Shown here: positions 38,424 to 52,223 of the stretch, one piece after another
How the letters are laid out: each line of letters begins with the position of its first letter
Position numbering within the stretch: position 1 is the first letter of the stretch
NCBI RefSeq assembly: GCF_041146345.1
Contig: NW_027191411.1
Coordinates: 1,364,001 to 1,428,000 of the forward strand
DNA from: Neodothiora populina
Taxonomy: Eukaryota
Length of the DNA: 64,000 bases
Reading direction: 5' to 3'
Made by a program: the position numbers and the translations under genes
Notes under the pieces: generated by a model
The model's input: the letters and a program-made list of their open reading frames with translations, nothing else
Database searches by the model: none
Told to the model about the DNA's origin: nothing

Positions 38424-39792
38424 ATGGCAGAGACAACGAAGATGACAGAAGCGGAGGCGCTAGTCACACGCTTCCAGTTTGAGCGGCTGTTGAATCAAGG
38501 TAACTATCACCACCACCACCACCGTCGTCCATCCATCCATCCATCCATCCATCCATCCACGAATGCGTTATGTGTAGAAACGAGAAAAAAAAGCCACACA
38601 TTCCAACCACCACACCACAATTCCATCATCTTATATAGCGAAGAAAACGTGAATTACAAATTAGAGAAGCGAGGAAGAAAGCAAATTATTGACTATTAAA
38701 CGCTTTATTCGCGTAAAACCAAAGACCAAGCCGGGCGCAGAATAGTCCTCAAGGGATCCATAGACGGGCAACCAGCCATCCTGCTCGCCGAGCGGGCAGC
38801 CTTCCAGTCCGAATCAAGCTACCTGCACACCCTCCCGACCTCTCTGGCGCACATCCGTAACCTCGGCGACAACGATGTCTATCGATGGTATCTGGCGTGC
38901 ACCAAGTCGTCCTCATCTTCATCAGCAGCATCAGCCGACAACAGCAGCAACGATGAGGGCAACGACGCCTCATCGTCAGGGCCGCCACCACCAGCGGATC
39001 TGAAAATCAACCTCATCTACCCATGCACAGACAAGCACATCAAGAAGTACACGGCGCAAGCGGTGCGGCTCGTGACCGAAACCGCATCCATCTACGCCTC
39101 GTACGTGCGGCCGTACATGCAATCGCAGCGCGACGAAGGCCGTTTGAACTGGGTGTACAACATCATCGAAGGGCGGACGGAGCAAGAAGACGTGCTGTTC
39201 CGCTCGCCCGCTGAATCAACGCCTGCAGACGAGAGGTTCCTGCTACTCCCTGATCTGAACTGGGATCGCGAGACGCTCGGCGCCCTGCATCTCCTCGCCC
39301 TCGTCGAGAGACGGGATATCTGGAGCGCGAGAGATCTCAGGAAGGCGCATGTGCCGTGGTTGAGGCACATGATGGCCGGCCTGGCTGATCAGGTCGTGAG
39401 GCTGTATGACGGCAAGATCGAGCGCGATATGCTCAAGTTTTACGTCCACTGTAAGTCTCTCTCTCTCCTCTCTCTGTCTTCTCTTCTTTTCTATCTTGGA
39501 CGACATGTGTAGTTGACAATCTACAGACCAACCGACCTACTACCACTTCCATATCCACATCGTGCACGTCGGTCTCGAGGCCGGCGCCACCCAAGCGGTG
39601 GGCAAAGCTCTGTCCCTCGACAACATCATCAGTCAACTGGCGACCATGAAGGGCGCCGACGACAACGATCAGTCTGTGGGTCTCGATGCAGTCGATCTGA
39701 CTTATGCGGTTTCTGAGGGCAGTGATCTCTGGACGGAGATTTTCCTGCCGCTCAAGGAAGGGCGAACGCCGACTGTTGGTGGATCTAACTAG
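38424..39792 (+). CDS. DCS1: Scavenger mRNA decapping enzyme (m7GpppX diphosphatase, HIT family)
   Basis: FERLLNQD, NDVYRWY, KINLIYP, WVYNIIEG, LLPDLNWD and YVHYQPTYYHFHIH motifs; two introns. Confidence 0.94.
38528..38559. repeat. (TCCA)8 microsatellite in DCS1 intron 1
   Basis: Direct reading of the sequence. Confidence 0.9.
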
Positions 39793-40255
39793 GAATGGAG
39801 ATCCCCTTCTATTATTGGTGGGCTTCTTCTTCTCTTGCGATTGGATTCGTGGGATCAGACTAGAAGATAGATTCCTCTCCTTAGGCAAAGAATATACATT
39901 TTTGAAGATCTGACACGACTTGGTAACGGTGCTTTGTAAAACTTGACATTGGAGACATTGACGTGAAATAATTGTATTAATGTTTATTCTGATAGTGATA
40001 GCTTTCGTGCGAGATATAGTACTCTCGTCTCCGTGTTGATGCGACATGAGGCAGGCATCCATGCACATACACCCTCCTCCTTGTTGGTAATATCTATGCG
40101 TAGCGTCGTCTATAGCAGTCGTTTTCATGCTATCCATTGCAAACGTCAAACATGCCCACTCCTCTTTCGGAGAAGAACCCCCAAGAACAGTTAAAAAAAC
40201 CCCAAAACTCCTTCGCTATGTGATGCAGTGGTGTTATTGAAGAAAAGAAATTGCC

Positions 40256-42344
40256 TCAGTTGTGGCGGTCATCGTGGTCGTCTTCATCCGCCACACCGAG
40301 GACTGCCTCGCTCAATCGTCTGTCCCACCATTCCGTGGGTGTGGTAGCGGCGTGAGTGACTGATGTATTGCGTGTCGGTGGCACTGACTTGTTCTCCCGA
40401 TCCTCCCTTTCGAGCGCCAGTCTCTGCGCTGCTTGTTCTGCGGCCATTGATGTTCTGTCCGAAGAACCCGAGAAGGTCTTTTTGTGTATCGAGTGTCTTA
40501 TGCTGTTGTATGAAGTTGAGCGCATAAAGCTGCTGCGACTCCTGGTCGGCTTGTGTTCTTCGTGGTCAATGTTCGCCTCCTGGTCGACAGATGTGCGGCT
40601 TCGTACGGTCGACAGATGCGATCTTATCCTCTCCATTCGGAAACGCCAGAACATGAAGCTGCCAACGAAGGACCCGTCGCTGCCTGGAATCTGTCTCCAT
40701 GGCTTTTCTCTAAACCCGAAGATTATGCAGTCCACGGCACCGAGCGAGCACTGGCATATGGCGGCTACCAGCGCGAGACCATAGACCGGATGGCGAGCAT
40801 AATAATTCGAGTAGTTCATGCTATGGTAGACGAACGGAATTGCCCACATGATCATGTAAGCGACTGGATAGATGAACAAAAGACGCAATTGCCTCTGAAT
40901 TGCCCTACGGCGCTTTTTCAGGGGTGTATCCTCCGAGATCTGATCACACTCTGGTGCGCCGGGCGCATCTGTACGGACTTCTTGGATTGGAGCCAGTGGA
41001 TGGACCCCTTCGGGCGAGACATCGCCGGCATTGTATCTAAATGAATAGGTCGCAGCCACATTGGGTGCATTTCTTTTCAACTCTGCGAATGGGTGGTTTT
41101 CTGTGTTCATCGTGCTATCGTGACGGAAAGCAACACGGCTACCACGACGAGATTCGGTCCCGGGTTCCGGTCCGTTTGGTCCTGGAGCTGGTCCTCCAGG
41201 AGCTTGTGCAAAGGATGGCACCGCCCAGTTCATCTCTGGCACATCTAATCGTTGACGGTCTACCTCTCCTGGCGACACATCACCGTGGCCGGCTGACCAA
41301 TCTGCCGTATCGTCGGAGTCGAAAGAACCAGGAAGGCCTTTTGCTTTCGTCGTGCGTGGCGTGGTTGTCGCCAGGTCTTCACTTTTAAGTGCGACATCAT
41401 TAGACGAGAATTGGTCTCCGGGCGTAGCGAAGACCGAGAACCCAGATCCAACATGCACGTAGATGCGAACGACGACGAACATGACGTAGATCCATATCAA
41501 GTATCTCGGGATCCATGTGAGGGCGAGTCTGTACCAAAACGGCCGGATGGGCAGGGTGCAGAATGGGCCATTGGAGACGTAGCCACTCTGATCATTCACA
41601 AAAGCCAGAGAGGCACTCAATATCGGCCACAACACATACACAGCTAATGCAGTGTGTCGAAATCGATAGAGCCCATCGTGGCCGAATAGCTTACTGGTAG
41701 AGCTGAAAATCTGCAAATACATGTGCACCGATATGAGCAATATTGCCACATCTATTTTGCTGACTATTAGACTTGTGCAATCAAGCAAGAGCTTCAACTA
41801 CGATGTCTGCACTCACCACATGACTCGATGGCCGCTTGTAACAAGAATCCATTGGCCTGGCAGAAATCGGACGACGTCTTTATAGCTCCCATCTGCAGAG
41901 AAACAGCGGCGAATACGAGATACCAGATAGATTTGAGTGTGTCGCTGAGGATTAGATTCAAGATGAGACTGGATCCATGTCAATTGTTTGGCGGGTCACT
42001 TTGTTTGTCGAGTATGCGAACCTTCGCCTGAAGTTCCGCTTCATCAAGAGAAACCAGTACAGCGTAATCAAACAAGCAAAGACACTGACAGCGGCAAAGC
42101 TCACAGCCACTATCTGAATACTCCGTGATTGAACATGAGTAAGAATGGTAGACGGATTTCTAAGATGACCTCCGAGCCCCATGTTGACGGAGGCTTGCTT
42201 GAACCTCCCACGTTGTATTGCCTCTCCGAAGTGATGAAGGAGAGTTGGACAAAAGTAAGAAATGCCATGACGGCGCTGGATGTCTGAGGGATAGGTTAAC
42301 AATGATGTAGAATTGCTTTGAGTTGCCGTTGCCAAGTTCGTCAT
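40256..42344 (-). CDS. GPR1: Glucose/carbon-sensing GPCR, Gpr1/Git3 family
   Basis: MKRNFRR after TM1, FCQANGF, FCTLPIRPFWYRLALTWIPRY, IQRQLRLLFIYP and REKPW motifs; long third intracellular loop; two introns. Start may be at 42183 instead. Confidence 0.9.
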
Positions 42345-42980
42345 ATTGACTTAGCAAGCCTTCGCAGATGCAGGTCTCGCCAGTGCAAACGTCGTTCCGC
42401 CGTGAGTCCAACGGCGTCCGCTGCACGGTTCCTAGTGCAACGCGACTATTCCTCAAATAGTGGTTTCTGGACCATTTAAATCATTTAATGTCGAGTATTT
42501 AAGACACCCATTTGCAACGTTTTAACATCAACTTTGGGACTGGCGGATGCAAATAAGGACAACTCTTATCAGCGGGTGCAGAATAAACTTTTGTCGATCC
42601 TCTCGTGTTTGGGACCGGTAATAGCGATGAGAGACAAAGAGTCTCACATTACCGTGGTGTGCCGCAAGCAACAGCATTCCGATCTATTCTACTTAAAAAT
42701 CGTCAGATCCATGTCGTACAGGTGTGGGCTACAATGCTCCCAGCTAGTATGTTCAATCGTGTACCAACCAACCGATAAATTCACACCCACGCCGGGGTGA
42801 TAGACCATTATCCGGTAGAGGAATGCAATACAGCGGTGATTGGGGTTGCACATACTGTCAGCATCTTAGTGGAACGAGAATCTCGGTGGTTGTCAGCTGT
42901 GGAATGTACTGTCTGCTCGTCGCGTCATGTGGGCGATTAAAGCAAAAATCTAGCGGGTAGTGTATAGAAAAAATACGACT

Positions 42981-43814
42981 TCAATCAAAAGACTGTGATA
43001 ATGCAATGAGACTGAAACGTAAATCGCCGCCTCCTGCTTCTGATTCACGCTTGAGAAAGCTTCTGACCCCTAAATCAAGGGCCTTCTCACTCAGAACATC
43101 GTCTTCGGGACCTAACTCGCCACGGTCGAGTGGGCCTTTGCGCCGACCGTCCATCTCCCAAAGATGGTTGGACTTTGTTGATTTCACGAAGCAAACATAG
43201 TGTAGATCTACGCTGTCCTCTGCCGGTGGCGCAGACGTGTCTCCCTCGGTCGCAGCACTTTGGTGCGCAGACTCGAGAGCTTTCGATTCGTACAAGAGAT
43301 CCGCGCGTGCTTCGGGTTGCAGAGGAATGGCATCGCGGAGTAACCCAGCGAGGCTAGATTCGGAATCGATGAAGGATCGAGCAGGACCGTTACTGACTCC
43401 ATGTAGAAGTCCGATCAGGCCGCAAGCGTTGCCGATGGTCTGCTTGTACCATATGACTTCTTCGTCAGGACCAGATCCAGCATAGTGTGGTTTGGCTGAG
43501 TCCTCCCGAATGCGGAAGCGTTCATATGTATCACTGACAGGGAACACCAGAAGCAGCGCATAAGCTGGACGAGGTACAAAGGCTAGAAGGTCAGGATCAT
43601 CGATGCTATAGACATCGTGGAAGGCGATCTGCTTTGATAGTCCTAGTTTATGTAGCAGAGAGCTCATCACTTCGGGATTGTTTTCTGACTACTTGTCAAT
43701 ATGTCTTCCTCTTGTGGCATGTAAAACAATCTTACCTAAAGGAATGAACTTCTTTTTACCCGATGTTGGGCTAAAGTCCATGTGGTCGTGGACGTTGGAT
43801 GTAGCCGATGCCAT
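42981..43814 (-). CDS. YUH1: Ubiquitin C-terminal hydrolase (UCH-L3, peptidase C12)
   Basis: FIPL|ENNPEVM, KQTIGNACG (catalytic Cys), LHYVCFV, WEMDGRRKGP. Confidence 0.94.
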
Positions 43815-44275
43815 GTCTTATCACCCCTTTGGTTCGACAGATGGTTCTTGGTCACCGTCTATATGCGAGTGGAGTTCACGTCCTACAAGGCTGTGGTGGT
43901 AAAAGGATAAAATAGACGTCTTAAGAGCTCGGACAGTAATGTATGGCCGGAGAAGTAGATGACCAGATTGCTATAGCATCTTATACAGTGAACTATTCTA
44001 TGGTGTCTAAGCTTCCAGCGAAGCTACCATCGAGGCTGAGTCAGCGGGCTTGGGGACGTCACTGTGCTTGACTTTCACATGCACTCCTACACTGTGTCTT
44101 GGTGTGGAAACTCATAGTCGACTACCAGACCTTACTTTATCCTTACTGGTCAAACAACAAACGGGAAAAATATTACACTCCCTCGACATACATCTACTGC
44201 ACGTTTCTCCATCAACTCGTTTGGGCAGACTCTTCGCCGAAGCATTTTCGCACCATTCATACTTTGTGAATCGCC

Positions 44276-44870
44276 ATGGGTTCAGTCGTCCTTCCTCACT
44301 TGAACACCGGTTGGCATGTGGACCAAGCCATCATGTCCGAAGAGGAGCGTCTGGTCGTGATCCGGTTCGGCCGTGATTGGGATCCAGACTGCATGCGTCA
44401 AGATGAAGTCCTCTACCGTAAGTCAAATCAGTCCATGCTTCCACCAAACAGCCTACGAGCGGAAAGAAGAAGAAAAAACAGACTCTAACGTCACTACTGG
44501 GTGGATAAACAGGCATCGCCGACCGAGTCAAGAATTTTGCTGTAGTCTACGTCTGCGACATCGACCAAGTGCCCGACTTCAACAAAATGTACGAGCTGTA
44601 CGATCCCGTGACAATCATGTTCTTCTTTCGCAACAAACACATGATGTGCGATTTCGGCACGGGAAACAACAACAAGCTCAACTGGGTGTTGGAAGATAAA
44701 CAGGAGCTTATAGATATCATTGAGACGATCTATCGGGGTGCGAAGAAGGGTCGTGGTCTTGTCGTTAGTCCTAAAGGTGCGTCAAGAGGGCTTGTTGGGA
44801 ACCATCTGCCAGAGGCTGTCGTGTACTGACTTCGTCCTGTTCAGACTACTCCACGCGCTACCGCTATTAA
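44276..44870 (+). CDS. DIB1: U5 snRNP protein Dib1/Dim1 (TXNL4A)
   Basis: MGSVVLPHL..GWHVDQAI, VPDFNKMYELYD, GTGNNNK, ends DYSTRYRY*; two introns. Confidence 0.96.
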
Positions 44871-45335
44871 ATTGCAATAACACTACGAAACGAAGACAAT
44901 GATTTTGCGAATTACCGGATACAGGGCTGGCGTTGGCGTTGACGCAGAAGGTTGCTCCTTCCCCCACTGACATATGGTTGGTCTACCTACTACATGAATC
45001 AAACGTCTCATAGAGCAGTGATAGCTAATACGAAACATGTGGAAAAAGAGATTATGGCCACGCAGAGATTCTGGATATGTACAGCAGCTATTTTTTGCCT
45101 ACACGCTACCGGGACCTTGGGATGACCCAGGCACCGTAGGTAAGAATTGTTCAGCATGTGCTGTGTAGCAGATCTCCGGACACGTAAGTTATTGTGACAT
45201 GGGAGTTCGACTGCTGTAATGTGTATAATCTTCGAGACTGTCTATATTGCTCTTGTGACATGCCTACACACTGTCGATTATATTGTAAAGTAATGAGGTG
45301 TCCCAGATTCATCCGTACAATTGTAGCAAAGGAGA

Positions 45336-47792
45336 TTAGTGACGTTTACTCGAGAAAAAGTGTCGTTTCTTCTTCTCCTTTTCTGGCTCCTTTGTGGGTT
45401 TCGATGATGTTTGGGAATGCGACGAGTTTACCGCCGCTTTCGAGGGTGTATGTGCGCTTGCCGCCACAGGCGCGGGGGAGTGAGATGTCGCCGCTGCTGG
45501 CGCCTTCTGTACTGGCTGCTGTACCGGTTTGGGAGGCTCCTCGGGCTCGAATAGATGCGCGGGAGCCTTCGGCTGAGGCATCTCCGCCGGGATGCCGAGA
45601 CGACGCTTGTCGACGCCGAGGTCTCCCACTTGTCGCACGAAGAGTGCTGGTGTCAACATGTGGCTGGTCACCAAGAAGATGTCCTTGTTCATTCGTCTGG
45701 CTAAATCGTAGCAGACACGGCTCTCAGAATAAGTGGCACCGCCAGCCATGAAGACAATCACCCGTTGTCTGGGTTCGTTGCTAGTAGTCTTACTCTTGGC
45801 CCAGGTCGGCTTGGCTGAGCGTAATGAAGTCGCCGACATGTCGACATCTGCCCCTCCAGCGTCCAGTGGAGGTTTTGTATACGGGAAGATGGCGGGATCC
45901 ACACTGTTCGTGCTGTGGCCGGTCAGTAAAGACTGCAGGGCAGGCTCGAAGCGACTGAGAGCATATTCTTCCTGTGCCATGGTGGGTGGCGGTGTTTGTG
46001 GGAATAGCGGGGCTGGCACGGGTCGCGAATCCTTGAGGTTCCTCGCCACACGAGCGCCGAGGTGCTCCAGGTTCCGTAGCACTTCAGCATCCTGAAGGGG
46101 TAATTGCGAATGAAGGATTAGCTTCTGGAGATCTGCTGGGAGAAGGCCATCCTTGTATAGCAAGAACAGAGCAATCAAGCGCAACCGATCCGGGTGCGCT
46201 ATGTTCTCGTCGTCGAGCGTTCTGACCACCTGGTCAGCCAAATTCTTGGGTTTTCGGTAGTCCTCGTCGAGGCCAGTGGCAAGAATCTACGGCCGTCTGT
46301 TAGTAGGCACGTAGGCATTTCATGGCTGAGTCGCCTCACCTGTTCTACGGATGCCAAGTCGGGAAGTTTGTTGCGCTGAAAGATGTTCATGCACTCCTGG
46401 GCCATACTAAGGTGTAGCGAATAAGCCTCTTTCATTTCTGTGAATTGCGGTAACCCGGCAAGCATGTCCTTGATGGCGTTGAGGCTGTTCGCGTTGTCGT
46501 CGGTTTTTGTGAAATGTGGATTCTCGTCTATGAATTTTTGAAAGTCGCCCATGATCTTTTCAATTGTGTCTTTCATGTGCCGATGTCGATTTTCGACCCA
46601 TATGTGATCTTTTTCGGATATCTCGACTTCCTTCTCCTGTTGGTCGGGGCGGTCCTGGTTCACAATGGTCTTGTAGGTGACCTTGTCCCCATCCTTGATG
46701 GGCAACAAGTCGTGGGCCATGGCCTGATAGGTAAACTCGTGCAGAAGCGGGGCGAATAGATCCATGGATCGGTCCGTGATGTACAGGACACCCCTCGGTC
46801 GATTTGAAGGCGGCGGGAAGTCCTCGTGAAACTTGGCATAAAGATCGAGTTCGTCTTGGACAAAACGGGCGAGGTGTGAACAGAGTACGCTGGCCTCGTG
46901 GGTGGGAAGGCGAGGCCGATAGTAGCGGATGGTAGGGTATTCGCCCAAGGCTACACACACGCCGACAATCTGGTAAAGTCAGGAGATGACGGAAGACGTT
47001 GACAGGATAGCAGGAGGTACCTTTTGGGCGACGTCTTCCAGGTGCTGTCTGACCAGGTTGTTACAGGCAGGATGGTACAAGACAGGAAAGCTCCAGGGAT
47101 CTCGGAAGACGACAAGATGGGATTCTCTCGGGTAGAAGTCGACATTCAGGACACGAAATAGAGTGATTTGTTCTCTCGCAATAGTGGATTTGTCTATGCG
47201 GGCTCGAAGGGCCGGGTGTAGTACTGTGGTTCGGGATCAGCCAGGGGCACGGAGGGCGCGGGTGTGGAGGCAGGGAGATAAAACGCACGAGAAGTCCAAA
47301 GCAGATTTGTTTTCCGGTAGCGCCGTCGTTCAAAGTCAGCCATGAGGCAATCGACTATATGGGGTTTAGGGGTAAGGAAGTATATAGCGTCGACATCGCG
47401 GTTAGTGGGCCGTCGCTCTTCGATCTGTTCAATGTCTGGAGAGCGAGTCAGGAATGGACATGACGCGCAGGGTGGTATGGAGACTGATCGTACGGGTGAT
47501 GTTCTCGTTCAGGATATCATCTTCCTTGATGATGTTCTCGAGCAGCTTGCGACTGTACTCGTCCAAGATGAGCACTTTCCACTAAAAGCACAAAGGTTTC
47601 AGCACGAGGTAAGATGGACAGTGGGCGAGGTTCGCGAAGGACAGCCTACTTCGCCGCGGGTGGTTTTCCTCAGGACATCGAGAATGACTGTTGACGGCAC
47701 GACGATTCTTAGTTATCATGTTTCTCGTATGCAGCAATGCCTGCTCCTTGGAGAAACATACGGTGTCTCTGCAGATCTATGATGGATCCCAT
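45336..47792 (-). CDS. SEC1: Sec1/Munc18 family vesicle-fusion protein
   Basis: WKVLILD, DAIYFLTP, LGEYPTIRY, TDRSMD..APLLHEFTYQAM, LSRFEP and VFMAGGATYSE motifs; multiple introns; start MGSIIDLQRH. Confidence 0.93.
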
Positions 47793-48794
47793 TGCGGGGC
47801 TCGGGGCGGAGGTGGTGCGGAAGTCACGCCCTGCCCAATCGGGATCCCTGGACGACAAGAGTGTGATTGGCAATTGGGGTATTGTATTTCTGTCGTGATT
47901 GTATCGAGAAGTTCTAGTGGACTTTCTGAAGAATCGTGGAAGTCGAGTCGTAAAGGAGATTGAGCGATTGGACTGAGCTACAGTAGCTGGAGATCCCCGG
48001 TTGGGCTCATGGGAGAGACACAAGAAGTGGAAGGAACGACGTCAGAGGAAGTCGCAATTATAGAACACAGAAGTCGCGGAAGTTGTATGAGGTAAGGTAG
48101 CTTAGGGTACCTTAAGGTATGTCGGATAATTAGCCAGCCAGGCGCAAGGCTCACTTTACTGTCGTATTGGTTTGATTTGAGGCAGGAGGGTTGACCAGGA
48201 CTAATTCAAATGCTAATTAATCTTCGGCGATCGGTGTTCGGTGCATGGTCGGACTGTCGCTCGGTAGCGGGGGTGGGGGGATGAAGGGGCAGCAGAGGCA
48301 AGGGAGATGACGGCGGACGTGGCGGAGCGGAAGAGGTGGCGGTGGCAATGACGGTCACTTACAGCCTTGACATTAATTATTGACGATTTCCGCCGGCGCA
48401 ATCATTAATCATTGCTTGGACCCTGGCTCTTTTCCAACTTTATTGTCTTCAATGACTGGGAAGAATAATTATCATTTCTATTATCATTTCATAATTCATT
48501 CCTGTATTGTGTCTGGCAAACAAAATCGCCGCCCTTTCTCCACCTCACCGAATCTCAAAACACTCTTTCCTATTTCAACAACGACCTTGGCATGATGGAA
48601 GCTGGACTTGACAGACTTTCCGTTTAAAGAAAACATTCGGCATCCTAACAATAGTTCATTGGCGATCTGTAATTATATAGCTGAGCAACGTGCCTCAACC
48701 ATTCAACCACTCGAGATCCTGTATCTAGTGGAAGACCATCTACAGTCGGGTTTTGAGACACATCCAGCTGGGGGGATATCGCCCATAGCACTCT

Positions 48795-51494
48795 ATGGAG
48801 ACCGGCAAATGCCTTCTTTGCGCATTCCGCCACCAGCGATTGACACAAGCACCTCGATCTTCTTTACGCAACAGCCAACACCGTCTCACGCAGAGCAGTC
48901 TCCCGTCACGCTCTGCACGTCGCACTTATGCTTCATATCGGCCATTCACGCGCCAGCTTTCGGAATATCGTCACCAGAATGATCGTGGACGAGGCGAAGG
49001 AACTGGACCCGGGACCAAGCGAATACCCGGTATAGGTCCGGGTAGGGGAAAAGAAAAAGGCTGGAGTCTAGGAGGTGGCAGTGGGCCGGGCGGCAGTGGG
49101 CGCAGAGGTGGCGACAAGGGCTCCAGATTATTCAATTCCTACAAGCCAAAGTTCACAGACATCTTCCCCGAGCGATTAAAGGCTGTCAAAGGCGAACTTG
49201 CTGATGCGCCCATTGCAAAACAGCAAAATCCTGGCGATCCTCCATTCAACCAGCTGTGGCGCGACTTCGTGGCTACTTTGGATCCGTCCAAAACCACCAA
49301 CTCTTCGTTACTTACAAAGAGCCCCGGTGCTACTGTTTCCGTCATACAATCCCTGAGAGATGCCTTCTATGAGCGCGGTATCAACAGTCTTGACGACCGC
49401 ATCAAATACGCCTTCTACGATCATGTCACTGGCTCTCGCTTCACTCCGTCTGACATACGCAACCAGAAGGCGCTTGCCGATTTGCGCTACCCTACCGAAT
49501 GGTTCCCCGCCACACGAACTCGCCATCGAGAGATCCATCTCCACGTTGGACCCACGAATTCAGGAAAGACCTATCATGCGCTGAAACGCCTTGAGCAGGC
49601 CGAGAGTGGTGTCTATGCCGGTCCGCTGCGTCTTCTGGCCCACGAGGTCTATACCAGAATGAATGCTCAGGGCAAGCGCTGCACACTGATCACTGGCGAG
49701 GAGCGACGAAGTCCCGACGATTCTCTTACAGCACCCATGCAGAGCTGTACTGTCGAGATGATGCCTCTCAACAGAGAACTTGACGTTGCGGTCATCGATG
49801 AAATCCAGATGATCGGCAGTGCAGACCGTGGTTGGGCCTGGACCCAAGCTGTCCTGGGTGTCAAGGCCAGAGAGCTGCACCTCTGCGGTGAAGCCAGAAC
49901 CGTTCCATTGGTTCGCGAGATCTGTGCCTCGATTGGCGAGAAGCTTCACGTGCACGAATACACACGTCTCAGTCCCCTCAAGATGTCCGACAAGGCTTTG
50001 GAGGGCGATTTGAAGGCACTGCGCAAGGGCGATTGCATCGTCAGTTTCAGTGTCATGGGCATCCATGCCCTTCGCAAACAAATTGAGGAAGCTACTGGTA
50101 GGAAAGTCGCCACTGTCTATGGCAGTCTGCCGCCGGAAACGCGAGCCCAGCAAGCAAGGCTGTTCAACGACCCCGACAATGACTACGACTTCCTCGTTGC
50201 CAGCGACGCCATTGGCATGGGTCTGAACTTAAGCATCAAGCGTATTATCTTCGAGTCATCCTCTAAATTCGATGGCTTCCGACAACGTACCCTTTCCATA
50301 GCAGATATTAAGCAGATCGGCGGTCGCGCGGGTCGCTACAAGAGTGCGCACCAGGCAAACGAGTCTGCGAAAGCCGCTCTTAGTGTTGCTGCTGCCAAAG
50401 GTGAAGAAGTGCCCCCGCTAGAGGGGGCTACCGAGCCTTCTAAAGCAGATGAGGCTTCAAAGACTCCATCCTCGCCAGTAGAGAAGTCGTCACCCGATGA
50501 GGCTACCACTACTATGGGCCTCGTGACCACTTTGGAGAAGTTCGACTTCCCAGTAATAGCAGCAGCCATGAAGGGAGAACCGGAGCCCATCCGCACAGCT
50601 GGTATCTTCCCACCCGCCGCCATCGTCGAGCGTTTCGCCACTTATTTCCCTCCCGGAACGCCTTTTTCGTATATCTTACTACGTCTACACGAGCTTTCCC
50701 AGATGCATTCGAGGTTCCATCTCTGCGGTCTGCGAGACCAGTTGTGGATTGCTGATCTCATCGAACCTGCTCAGGGTCTCACAACTACAGACAGAAACAT
50801 CCTCTGCGCGTGCCCGGCAGGCAAGACTGATTCGGAGCTGTGGAAAGTCTTGATGCCTGCCTTCGCAAGGTGTATCGAACAACAAAGAGGAGGCTCTTTG
50901 CTTGACATGCCAGAGATGCCACTCGAGACTCTTGAGATGGAGATGTCTGCAAGCAGGGATTACTTGCGCAAACTCGAGCGACTCCATAAAGCTATTGTGG
51001 CCTATCTCTGGCTCAGCTACAGATTCAACGGCATCTTCACCACGAGACCATTGGCGTTCCATGTGAAGACTATCGTGGAAGAGAAGATTGAGCAAGTCCT
51101 CAGTCAATTCTCTTTTACTGCAGCTCAGAGGAAGAAAATCACTTCTGCCAGGGAACAGTCGATCCTCAAAAGTCTGCAACAGCAAGCTGGTCTTGGCGCA
51201 CAGAGTTCGGGAGAAGAGTCTACAGCAGCCCAATTTGACCCTGATACCATCTCCCCTCCGGATGATCAGACAAGCTACATAGCAGGTGGCGACCAGTTTG
51301 GAGGCGAGGAAGATGCTCTGATCATGGACCCTGCCGAGAGTGTGGCCATTGAAGGTTCATCTGCTTCGAATGAAGCGCCAGTCGACGAACCTGAGCCGAA
51401 AGCTTCATCTGACGACTCCTCGGATTCCTCTGGTCTCTGGCCGCTGTCTCAAGCCAACGTTCCCGGCAGAGGTGAACAATTTCGTGGTGCATGA
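48795..51494 (+). CDS. SUV3: Mitochondrial ATP-dependent RNA helicase Suv3
   Basis: Arg/Ser-rich presequence; HVGPTNSGKT, GPLRLLA, IDEIQM, YGSLPPETR, ASDAIGMGLNL and QIGGRAGR motifs; intronless. Confidence 0.95.
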   Translation: METGKCLLCAFRHQRLTQAPRSSLRNSQHRLTQSSLPSRSARRTYASYRPFTRQLSEYRHQNDRGRGEGTGPGTKRIPGIGPGRGKEKGWSLGGGSGPGGSGRRGGDKGSRLFNSYKPKFTDIFPERLKAVKGELADAPIAKQQNPGDPPFNQLWRDFVATLDPSKTTNSSLLTKSPGATVSVIQSLRDAFYERGINSLDDRIKYAFYDHVTGSRFTPSDIRNQKALADLRYPTEWFPATRTRHREIHLHVGPTNSGKTYHALKRLEQAESGVYAGPLRLLAHEVYTRMNAQGKRCTLITGEERRSPDDSLTAPMQSCTVEMMPLNRELDVAVIDEIQMIGSADRGWAWTQAVLGVKARELHLCGEARTVPLVREICASIGEKLHVHEYTRLSPLKMSDKALEGDLKALRKGDCIVSFSVMGIHALRKQIEEATGRKVATVYGSLPPETRAQQARLFNDPDNDYDFLVASDAIGMGLNLSIKRIIFESSSKFDGFRQRTLSIADIKQIGGRAGRYKSAHQANESAKAALSVAAAKGEEVPPLEGATEPSKADEASKTPSSPVEKSSPDEATTTMGLVTTLEKFDFPVIAAAMKGEPEPIRTAGIFPPAAIVERFATYFPPGTPFSYILLRLHELSQMHSRFHLCGLRDQLWIADLIEPAQGLTTTDRNILCACPAGKTDSELWKVLMPAFARCIEQQRGGSLLDMPEMPLETLEMEMSASRDYLRKLERLHKAIVAYLWLSYRFNGIFTTRPLAFHVKTIVEEKIEQVLSQFSFTAAQRKKITSAREQSILKSLQQQAGLGAQSSGEESTAAQFDPDTISPPDDQTSYIAGGDQFGGEEDALIMDPAESVAIEGSSASNEAPVDEPEPKASSDDSSDSSGLWPLSQANVPGRGEQFRGA

Positions 51495-52223
51495 TCCCGA
51501 AGTGGCTCTCGCCACGGTGTAGTGGCCCACGACCAAATTCTGAGATGTAAAATAGCATGTACTCGAAAGTCTTTCTGAGAAAATACCATTGTATGATTAG
51601 CGAAATAGAGAAAACGAACACACTGCATCAACCACTACCTCACTTTGGAATCCTTACTCAGATGTTCCAGAGCCCTAGTACGTAATGAAACGCCTCTTGC
51701 TCTGCTTGCCAATAAACGTATGATGAAACCGTATATCGCTATCAGAGCCCATTAGATCTCCTCGCATGTACCACAGCATACGTCTTCCGAGGTTCGAGTC
51801 AGGAGGGGCGACCCTGTCTAGTAGCACCACTACCTTAATCCATAGCACAGTTTCAATCAGCATTTTGCACGGTCGCTCGACCCTACATGCGAACACAAAT
51901 TCTTGTTTCCAAATCTACGGTTACTGCAACAATTTGTTATTCTTGTTTGCGCATTCATTCAATTCACTGTCAGGTTTTGCCACTGGTGTTCCCCTATTAC
52001 GAGCAATTCACACACCTCAACTTCCACCTTCGACATTCTCCTCACGGCTATCAAGAGACGATATGCACAGTACAACAGAGCACCATGCCGCCCGATCATT
52101 CCACTACACCATCCAAAGGCCCTGATTCCAGGCAGGTCGCCTTCCAACCATTGGAGGCAATCTTGTTAAATAATATATACTATCTGATTGCAGATTTTCT
52201 CCACATCTAATACATCTGTAAAC

